Source: Bacteroidaceae bacterium (GTDB lineage: Bacteria; Bacteroidota; Bacteroidia; Bacteroidales; Bacteroidaceae). Taken from it: DNA of 56,297 nucleotides. How positions within the stretch are numbered: the stretch's first letter is position 1; each line of letters begins with the position of its first letter. Below the pieces are notes generated by a model. It ran no database searches, was not told the origin of the DNA, and saw only the letters and a program-made list of their open reading frames with translations. The stretch covers positions 1 to 56,297 of the forward strand of contig JAZRMG010000181.1 in NCBI GenBank assembly GCA_045647345.1, read 5' to 3'. Below, piece by piece: positions 34,989 through 41,295 of the stretch. Both the position numbers and the translations under genes were made by a program.

Positions 34989-36399
34989 ACATCTCCTCTG
35001 CTATCACATTCATCGCTACAAAGCGGTAGCGCCCCGTGGTGTGGGGTATGTTGCCCGTCTTGGCCGTTACGCGCCGGGCTATCTCGGGGCGCTCCAGCGC
35101 CCCGGCGTGCGGCTCTACCAGCAGCAGGCGCCCCGCGGCGCATGCCTCGAAGTACACCCCCTGAGGCTTGTAGTAGCGGTAGTGGCTGCTCTCGGGGTTG
35201 GGGAAGCCCTGCTCCAGCAGGATGATGAGCGGGAAGCCGTGCTCGCGCAGCGAGCGTGCTATCACCTTCTCGCCCTGCGATATGGCGGCGGTGATGAATA
35301 CCGCACCGTTGGCAGCCTGCATCAGGCATTCGTGCCTGCGTGCCTCGATCTGCTCGGGGGTGAGGCGCCGCGAGCATTGCAGCACCTGCCGCTGCGGATG
35401 CCCGGCAAGGAAGATGTTGCCCAGCACCGTACACGGGAAGCCACCTACGGTATAGTCTTGCCTGATGCGGAACAGCTCGCGGTTGGCCCTCTTCAGCGCC
35501 AGGCGCCGCGGGTTGTCCTTGATGTAGCTCTTCATGCGTGCCAGCTGTCCCCTGCCATAGAGCAGGCTGTCGTGATACTCGTGGGCGAAGAGGAGGAGGT
35601 TGCGGCTCTTGGGGCTCACCATACTCGCGGAGACACCCGCGAGTACCCGACGCGCCGCCTCGCGCGATGCATCGCTGCCAGCGCCCCATGCCCCAGTCGT
35701 AGCGCCCGCGCCAGCATGGGTGGGCGTGGCACCAGTGGCGTCGCTTGCGGTGGTGGCGCTTGTGTTGGTGTTGGTGGTGTCGCTTGCGGTGGTGTTGTTG
35801 GCGTTGTTGTTTGTGTTGGTGTTGTTGGTGGTGTTGTTGGTGTCGCTTGCGTTGGCGTTGTTTGTGTCGCTTGCGTTGGTGGTGTTGGTGTTGTTTTTGG
35901 TGTTAGCATTGCTTGCGTTGGCGTTAGCGTTATTGTTCTCGCGGCTATCTCCGCGAGCCATCCCTGATCCTGCCATCCCTGATCCCGCCATCCCCGTGCC
36001 CGCCATCACCTCGCGAGCCGTTTCCACCATGGCCGTGAAGGCATCGCTGCACTGCACCTTGAACCATCGTATATACTGCCCCAGGTGCCTGGGCAGCCTA
36101 TCGTGGATGTGTAGCAAGATGTGCACATGGTCGGGCATGATCACATAGTCGAGGATCTCTATCGAGGCGGCGCCCAGGTAGGTGGGTATGCGCTCTATCT
36201 CTGCGGCCACTGCCGAGCCCAGTGCCGTGAGGGCTACGGTATTGCCTTGCAGCACGCCCAGGAGCGGCCTGCGATCTACGGTCACCAGCGTCAGCATCTG
36301 TATGGATGGTGACTGGTAGTCCATCCATCGGGCGCGGTAGAGGTGCTCTCTGAGCTTCTCGCACCGCCACCCCTCGGGTGTGAGGTGTGCCTTAGCCAT
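34978..36399 (-). CDS. HUH-Y1 (IS200/RAYT-like) transposase-domain protein with an internal low-complexity insert and a C-terminal extension
   Basis: The HUH motif is DYVIMPDHVHILLHI, with the HVH codons at 36121-36129. The Tyr motif is LFAHEYHDSLLYGRGQLARMKSYIKDNPRRL, with the Y codon at 35575-35577. About 135 aa of MAG(S/T)G x4 and N/T/A/S-rich sequence lie between them. A ~165-aa C-terminal domain follows. I prefer the start at MAKAHLT (36399) because a -7 box lies inside the longer track ORF. Confidence 0.75.
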   Translation of the reverse strand: MAKAHLTPEGWRCEKLREHLYRARWMDYQSPSIQMLTLVTVDRRPLLGVLQGNTVALTALGSAVAAEIERIPTYLGAASIEILDYVIMPDHVHILLHIHDRLPRHLGQYIRWFKVQCSDAFTAMVETAREVMAGTGMAGSGMAGSGMARGDSRENNNANANASNANTKNNTNTTNASDTNNANASDTNNTTNNTNTNNNANNTTASDTTNTNTSATTASDATGATPTHAGAGATTGAWGAGSDASREAARRVLAGVSASMVSPKSRNLLLFAHEYHDSLLYGRGQLARMKSYIKDNPRRLALKRANRELFRIRQDYTVGGFPCTVLGNIFLAGHPQRQVLQCSRRLTPEQIEARRHECLMQAANGAVFITAAISQGEKVIARSLREHGFPLIILLEQGFPNPESSHYRYYKPQGVYFEACAAGRLLLVEPHAGALERPEIARRVTAKTGNIPHTTGRYRFVAMNVIAEEMCQQ

Positions 36400-36420
36400 G
36401 CTTGCAGTTTCTTCTTGCCG

Positions 36421-36428
36421 CAAAGATA
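36421..36428 (-). promoter_or_regulatory. -7 promoter element (TAtcTTTG on minus strand) for the HUH-Y1 gene
   Basis: Plus-strand caaagata lies 21 nt upstream of ATG 36399. Confidence 0.45.
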
Positions 36429-36561
36429 CAAAAGTATCTCCGAGTTTCAATTCAAAAGAGAGTGCTTTTTGTTCTCTCCGTCCGTCCATCAGCCCGTCCT
36501 TCCGTTCTCGCGGGTGTCTCTGCGGGTAAAAGAGAGGTCAGCACACCCTCCCAGATAACAG

Positions 36562-36590
36562 CACGGGAGCGCCTGGTGGGCGCTCCCGTG
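36562..36590 (-). terminator. Hairpin terminator of the LRR gene
   Basis: A perfect 12-bp stem, cacgggagcgcc / ggcgctcccgtg, with a 5-nt loop. It lies 32 nt downstream of the LRR gene stop at 36622. Confidence 0.7.
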
Positions 36591-36621
36591 AGTGCTGTGG
36601 TGTGAGTGATGGAGAGGGCTG

Positions 36622-37536
36622 TTACATGCCTGTCTTCACCATCACCTTCTTGCCGTCCACGATGTATATGCCGTCCTTGGTGGGGGTGGCTACGCGGCGG
36701 CCGTGGAGGTCGTAAATTGTTATTCGTGCATTGTCAATTGTCAATTGCTCCACGCCCATCTCCTCGTCGGTGAGTGCCACGATGTTGCCGAAGCTGCTCC
36801 AGGGAGCGGTAGTCTTATAGCTTTCAATAGCGCTGGCAGGTACATGCAGGGTGGCATACTCGATGTATGAGCCATTGAAGGCATCACTCTCTGCCGAGGG
36901 CACCTTCTCGGCATAGCAGTACACATCGGTCAGCTCGGGGCAGCCCGCAAAGGTCTCGCTATTAATATACTTTACACTCTTGGGCAGCACGATCGTGGTG
37001 AGGCTGCTGCAACCCTGGAAAGCATAGATTCCAAAGCTCGTCACGCCCTCGGGGATGTTGATGGCGGTGAGGCTGCTGCACAGATAGAAAGCATAGCCTC
37101 CAATGCTTGTCACGCCCTCGGGGAGGATGATGGCGGTGAGGCTGCTGCAACTCATGAAAGCAGATTCTCCAATGCTCGTCACGCCCTCGGGGATGGTGAT
37201 GGCGGCGAGGCTGCTGCAACCCCAGAAAGCACCGTTTTCAATGCTCGTCACGCCCTCGGGGAGGGTGATGGCGGTGAGGCTGCTGCAAAGAGCTAAAGCA
37301 CCCTCTCCAATGCTCGTCACGCTATATGCCACGCCATCGTAGGTGACGGTGGCGGGGATGGTGATAGAGCCGGAGTAGTCGTTATCGTAATAAGGATCAT
37401 CTCCCTTGTAGGTCACCTCGGCCTGCTTGGCCTTAGATACGAGGTTATACCAGATGCCGTCGATCTCGACTTTGGTTTGCGCACTGGCCAGCATGGGCAG
37501 CAGGGCTGCGAAAAGGAATAGTAGATGCTTCTTCAT
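36622..37536 (-). CDS. BspA-type leucine-rich-repeat surface protein with a T9SS C-terminal sorting domain
   Basis: 304 aa with a signal peptide (LPMLASAQ). Five 23-aa repeats are present (SLTAITLPEGVTSIENGAFWGCS and variants). The C-terminal tail ITIYDLHGRRVATPTKDGIYIVDGKKVMVK is typical of Por/T9SS CTDs. Confidence 0.85.
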   Translation of the reverse strand: MKKHLLFLFAALLPMLASAQTKVEIDGIWYNLVSKAKQAEVTYKGDDPYYDNDYSGSITIPATVTYDGVAYSVTSIGEGALALCSSLTAITLPEGVTSIENGAFWGCSSLAAITIPEGVTSIGESAFMSCSSLTAIILPEGVTSIGGYAFYLCSSLTAINIPEGVTSFGIYAFQGCSSLTTIVLPKSVKYINSETFAGCPELTDVYCYAEKVPSAESDAFNGSYIEYATLHVPASAIESYKTTAPWSSFGNIVALTDEEMGVEQLTIDNARITIYDLHGRRVATPTKDGIYIVDGKKVMVKTGM

Positions 37537-37573
37537 GTTTTGTTTAATGTTTAATGATGAATGTTGAATGATG

Positions 37574-37581
37574 CAAAGGTA
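37574..37581 (-). promoter_or_regulatory. -7 promoter element (TAccTTTG on minus strand) for the LRR gene
   Basis: Plus-strand caaaggta lies 37 nt upstream of ATG 37536. Confidence 0.5.
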
Positions 37582-37792
37582 ATGAAAGAGAATGGGATAG
37601 CCAACGATGGGTGTCTAAATTGTGAAAAAGGGGCGAAAAGATGTTTCACAACATACTGCGGAATTTGAATTTTCGGGGCGCTGCTGAGCGTCAATTTGTT
37701 GCGCGAAGGGGCAGAAAAGTTATCCACCGAAGGGCGCTGAAACGGTGGAAAACTTTTCCCTCCCTGTCCCACGATATAGGACATCAATGCAC

Positions 37793-37800
37793 TATATTTG
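37793..37800 (+). promoter_or_regulatory. -7 promoter element TAtaTTTG upstream of the S24 peptidase gene
   Basis: tatatttg followed by ca, 76 nt upstream of ATG 37877. The leader contains an 8-bp hairpin (gggcagac / gtctgccc, 37815-37836), followed by the G-free tandem array. Confidence 0.5.
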
Positions 37801-37876
37801 CACTCTGAATGCACGGGCAGACACGTCGGTCTGCCCCTACACACTAAACCCTACACACTAAACCCTACACAAAACC

Positions 37877-38770
37877 ATGACCTACCAACGCTTACCCCAA
37901 GTTCCACCGATGGAACTGCCCGAAGAATTGAAAGAGACGTTTGCCCTGCTCGAGGCGCAGGGCTTGAACCCCGAGTTGTGCGACACGCCCGTGCCCTACT
38001 TCGATGCGGGCATCCCTTGCGGCAGTCCGCGCGAGGTGTATGAGGCCACGCCCGACGGCTACATCCTGGTGCCCCGCTCGCTCGTGGGCAATGATGCCAC
38101 GGTGATAGCGCGCGTGACGGGCGACTCGATGAAGGATGCCGGCATCGAGCACGATGACCAGCTGCACATCCTGCTCGACGCACCGGTGCACGATGGCGAT
38201 GTGGTGGTGGCCTGCATCGATGGCGAGTGCACGGTGAAGTCGTACTACAAGGATGCCGATGGTGCTGTGTGGCTGGTGCCACGCAACGATGACTACCGTC
38301 CCATACGCATCACCGAGGAGATGAACGCGCATATCGTGGGTAAGGTCATCTCGCACCGCAAGCCTGCTCCGCGCACCTCGTTCAGCTACATGCAGCGTGC
38401 CGTGGAGCGCACGCTTGCCGAGCGTGCCGAGGCGGCAGCTACCGTGATCCATACGACGGACGAGGTGCGCAACATGCTGCTGGAGGCATGTGTGGGGACG
38501 ATGACCGTATCGGCCGACTGGATTGCCGTGTACCGCATCCTTGTGGATAGGTGTGGTGCTCCCTCTTCGTTCAAGGCCTTTGCCGAGTATGTCAACGACC
38601 TAGCGCTTGATGAGCTGCCCCCGTGCACTGCCGACTCGTTGCGCAAGGCCGACCCCGTGTATCTGCGGCCTCTCTTTGAGTGGACTCCCGAGAGGGCTCC
38701 CAAGGTGCGTGTATCTATCCTTGACAAGCGTCTCTCTATGGCTCGCGCACTGCGTAAGATGCTGGCATAG
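37877..38770 (+). CDS. S24 (LexA/UmuD-like) self-cleaving peptidase domain protein with a C-terminal domain of unknown function
   Basis: 297 aa. The sequence VPYFDAGIPCGSPREV...ARVTGDSMKDAGIEHDDQLHILLDAPVHDGDVVVACIDGECTVKSYY carries the Ser (GDSM) and Lys (TVKS) dyad. It also has a CG/AG-type cleavage-site-like segment. No N-terminal HTH is visible. Residues ~170-297 are unassigned. Confidence 0.75.
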   Translation: MTYQRLPQVPPMELPEELKETFALLEAQGLNPELCDTPVPYFDAGIPCGSPREVYEATPDGYILVPRSLVGNDATVIARVTGDSMKDAGIEHDDQLHILLDAPVHDGDVVVACIDGECTVKSYYKDADGAVWLVPRNDDYRPIRITEEMNAHIVGKVISHRKPAPRTSFSYMQRAVERTLAERAEAAATVIHTTDEVRNMLLEACVGTMTVSADWIAVYRILVDRCGAPSSFKAFAEYVNDLALDELPPCTADSLRKADPVYLRPLFEWTPERAPKVRVSILDKRLSMARALRKMLA

Positions 38771-38780
38771 CACCTCTGGT

Positions 38781-38874
38781 ATTTTGCCCAGAAGTTGGCC
38801 AAATTTTGGCCGCTCATTCCAAGAGTTTGGCCGCTCGGGCAAGAATTTGCCCATAAGTTGTCCATAAGTTGTCC
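38781..38874. promoter_or_regulatory. Helically phased array of seven (A)AnTTGNCC words between the S24 gene and its terminator
   Basis: TTGCCC/TTGGCC/TTGTCC words start at 38784, 38795, 38806, 38827, 38847, 38858 and 38869. The spacings are 11, 11, 21, 20, 11 and 11 bp. Confidence 0.5.
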
Positions 38875-38875
38875 T

Positions 38876-38906
38876 CCCTCACCGAGATTTTCGGTGGGGG
38901 ATTTTT
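38876..38906 (+). terminator. Rho-independent terminator downstream of the S24 gene
   Basis: The stem ccctcaccga / tcggtggggg includes one G-U pair, has the loop gattt, and is followed by attttt. Confidence 0.7.
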
Positions 38907-39081
38907 GTATGCGTAACTTCGCATTGTCAACGATGCCGACGCGGTATGAAAGCGTCGGTTGCGACGACGGGAGGTTTATCTCCCCAAAGGAGTAATTATT
39001 AACCCGGGTAGTGGGCCGAGGAGATTTCTCGAGAATCAGGTGGCCGCCGTTTCTGAAGCTCGCCCATTAAACGAAACAACA

Positions 39082-39864
39082 ATGAACACAACAATTCAGA
39101 TTTTCGAGAATGCCGAGTTTGGCAAGGTAAGGACAATGCAGGATGCCGAGGGCGAACCGCTCTTCTGCGCCAAGGATGTGGCAGTAGCATTGGGGTATGG
39201 CAATAGCCGTGAAGCGTTGCGAAAACATGTGGAGCAAGAGGATGTCACAAAACGTGACACCCCAACCGCAGGAGGGACCCAGCAGATGCAGTATGTGAAC
39301 GAGAGCGGCCTCTATGCCCTCATCCTGGGCTCTAAACTTGATAGCGCCCGCCGATTCAAGCACTGGGTGACCTCGGAGGTATTGCCCGCCATACGCCGAC
39401 AGGGCGGCTACATGGTGGCTCGCATGAACGAGAGCGACGAGGTGATCATGGCCCGCGCACTGCAGATCATGCAGGCCACACTGGAGCGTCGCGACCGCGA
39501 GATAGCGCTGCTCAAGCCACGCGCCGAGTATGCCGACCACGTGCTCGACTCCATCGCCTGTCTCACCGTGACGCAGATAGCCAAGGAGCTCTCCATGACG
39601 GGCCACGAGCTCAACCGCCTGCTCTGCCAGCGCGGCATCCAGTACCCGCAATCGGGGCAGTACCTCCTCTACGCCAAGTATGCCCGCCGCGGCTATGCGC
39701 AGAACCGCACGCACGAGTGGTGCAACACCATGGGCGAACTCGTGACACGCACCTACTTGGTGTGGACGGAGGCGGGACGGGAGTTTATACACCAGCTGGT
39801 GCACGGTGCTGAATATTTCGTTCCCACACGAAATACACAAGACTCACAAAGGGCAGGTCGCTAA
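39082..39864 (+). CDS. Phage-type antirepressor (BRO-N domain plus KilAC/ANT C-terminal domain)
   Basis: The reading from ATG 39082 begins MNTTIQIFENAEFGKVRTMQDAEGEPLFCAKDVAVALGY...ESGLYALILGSKLDSARRFKHWVTSEVLPAIRRQGGY, which is the BRO-N domain. It continues ADHVLDS..LTVTQIAKELSMTGHELNRLLCQRGIQY, which is KilAC-like. The track ORF starts 123 nt upstream. Confidence 0.8.
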   Translation: MNTTIQIFENAEFGKVRTMQDAEGEPLFCAKDVAVALGYGNSREALRKHVEQEDVTKRDTPTAGGTQQMQYVNESGLYALILGSKLDSARRFKHWVTSEVLPAIRRQGGYMVARMNESDEVIMARALQIMQATLERRDREIALLKPRAEYADHVLDSIACLTVTQIAKELSMTGHELNRLLCQRGIQYPQSGQYLLYAKYARRGYAQNRTHEWCNTMGELVTRTYLVWTEAGREFIHQLVHGAEYFVPTRNTQDSQRAGR

Positions 39865-40115
39865 CGCCCTTGCACCCTCCGGATAACCTTTTTCTTCTCA
39901 CGCAGAATCCGCAGAAAACGCAGAGGCAAGTCGCTACGCCCTTGCTGTCGGCGTTGCCGCCGAGTGTTCTCATCCGGAGGTACATACGAGCGATAGCGAT
40001 GTATGAAGGTCTGCGCAAGTCCGCGATTTCTGCGTGAGAAACAAGAAGCTCTGCGTGAGACAATCTCCGCGATGCAAGCAATAAACAATCAAACAATCAA
40101 AAAAAACTACACAAT

Positions 40116-40511
40116 ATGAAACAATATTTTAATAGCAACGAGACCTTCGAACATTGCGAGGTGAAGGTGAGCCAGGACGGTCGCATCGAGATACATACCC
40201 CGAGTTTCTACACTGCCGAGCTGGAGCGCCTGGGCAAACCTGAGAAGACCATCCGCGGCCGCGTGAAAATGGTGGAGAAGGACTTCATCTTCGAACCCTA
40301 TGCCGAGAACTCGCGCAAGCCTACCTTCTCGAAGCAGGTGGTGGTGGGCAGCACCACGCTGGGCGTGACCGAGGATAAGCTGAAACTCTCTATGGTAATG
40401 CCTCGCCACATGCGCAAGGAGCTCATGGTGATGTACATACAGGCCGAGATCGATGAGGTGAAGCGCAGGCTGGAGGAGGACCTATACAATAAATTGAAAA
40501 TTGAGAATTGA
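40116..40511 (+). CDS. Hypothetical protein (131 aa)
   Basis: An intact ORF with a G-free leader. I recognise no motif. The last codons (NKLKIEN*) run into a 7-bp ATTGARA tandem array (40492-40523). Confidence 0.55.
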   Translation: MKQYFNSNETFEHCEVKVSQDGRIEIHTPSFYTAELERLGKPEKTIRGRVKMVEKDFIFEPYAENSRKPTFSKQVVVGSTTLGVTEDKLKLSMVMPRHMRKELMVMYIQAEIDEVKRRLEEDLYNKLKIEN

Positions 40512-40579
40512 GAATTGAAAATTCGTGCAAGCGAGCGCAGCCGAATTTCGACGAAGTCAAAATTGAAACCCGCGTCTCT

Positions 40580-40696
40580 GTCATCCTGAGCGAAGCGAAT
40601 GGATCCCGCGCGGTGGCTATGAAACGTCGCGTGAGACTCATCGAAGAGGATTGCGCCAGGTCCTAACGCGAGATCCCTCTCTACGCTCGGGATGAC
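40580..40696. repeat. GTCATCC...GGATGAC long hairpin element (family copy)
   Basis: The left arm is gtcatcctgagcgaagcgaatggatcccgcg and the right arm is cgcgagatccctctctacgctcgggatgac. About 57 bp lie between the arms. It is flanked by word arrays: ATTGARA x4 on the left and cacactaaactctaaaaac on the right. Confidence 0.8.
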
Positions 40697-40736
40697 ACGA
40701 CACACTAAACTCTAAAAACGACACTCTAATCAAAAC

Positions 40737-41150
40737 ATGAAATATTTTAAGATAGACGAACTCACCCACAGCCTCAGAGCGCAGGCCTGCGGCATCGACA
40801 ATACGCCTCCTGCCTCGGCCGTACCTCTGATGGTGGAACTCATCACCAAGGTGCTCGACCCCATCCGCGAAAAGTGGCAGTCGCCCATCTACATCACTAG
40901 CGGCTACCGCTGCCCCATGCTGAACAAGAAGGTGGGCGGTGTAGAGAACAGCTATCACCTGCGCGGCATGGCAGCGGACATCACGGCCAAGAGCGTGTTC
41001 TACAACACGGCACTCTACACCGAGATACGCATCCTGCATGCCAAGGGACTCATCCCCCTCACCGAGTGCTACATGCACCGCCAAGGGCTATACATCCACG
41101 TGGCGTATGACCCAGCCGCACCGAGCGACAATCCGTTCTTCACAAAGTAG
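40737..41150 (+). CDS. Peptidase M15A-family (D-Ala-D-Ala carboxypeptidase / phage endolysin-like) zinc metallohydrolase
   Basis: 137 aa: FKIDELTHS...ACGIDNTPP...ITSGYRCPMLNKKVGGVENSYHLRGMAADI...LYIHVAYD. It carries the H-x6-D ... H pattern of Peptidase_M15_3. Confidence 0.75.
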   Translation: MKYFKIDELTHSLRAQACGIDNTPPASAVPLMVELITKVLDPIREKWQSPIYITSGYRCPMLNKKVGGVENSYHLRGMAADITAKSVFYNTALYTEIRILHAKGLIPLTECYMHRQGLYIHVAYDPAAPSDNPFFTK

Positions 41151-41284
41151 GAGACCCACCCCATCCCTCCCTGTGAGGGAGGGGGTGCGGAGTCCACTGA
41201 AAAGAGTGTTTAGTATTTAACAAACCCCACCACGCAGCGATGTCTGCAAGTCCTCCCTCACAGGGAGGATTTAGGTGGGTCTCC
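41150..41284. repeat. 135-bp element with ~33-bp terminal inverted repeats, each arm itself a hairpin
   Basis: The left arm is ggagacccaccccatccctccctgtgagggaggg. The right arm is cctccctcacagggaggatttaggtgggtctcc. The inner self-complementary cores are at 41165-41183 and 41251-41269. The element starts in the M15 stop codon and ends 11 nt before the primase-helicase ATG. Confidence 0.8.
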
Positions 41285-41295
41285 TATATTTTTTT

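Noticed and set aside
34964-36148. ORFs of 241 aa (-), 327 aa (+), 182 aa (+) and 97 aa (-) overlapping the HUH-Y1 gene
   Set aside because: They are alternative-frame and antisense readings of a GC-rich, minisatellite-containing region (poly-V/G/A/P/T strings). Only the 34978-36399 frame carries the HUH and Tyr motifs.
36400-36489. N-terminal 30 codons of the 503-aa track ORF for the HUH-Y1 protein
   Set aside because: A TAtcTTTG -7 box (36421-36428) lies within this extension. Transcription therefore probably starts downstream of the first Met, and MAKAHLT at 36399 is the more plausible start.
39067-39840. 257-aa minus-strand ORF antisense to the antirepressor gene
   Set aside because: It has no motifs. 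The + frame encodes clear BRO-N and KilAC signatures.
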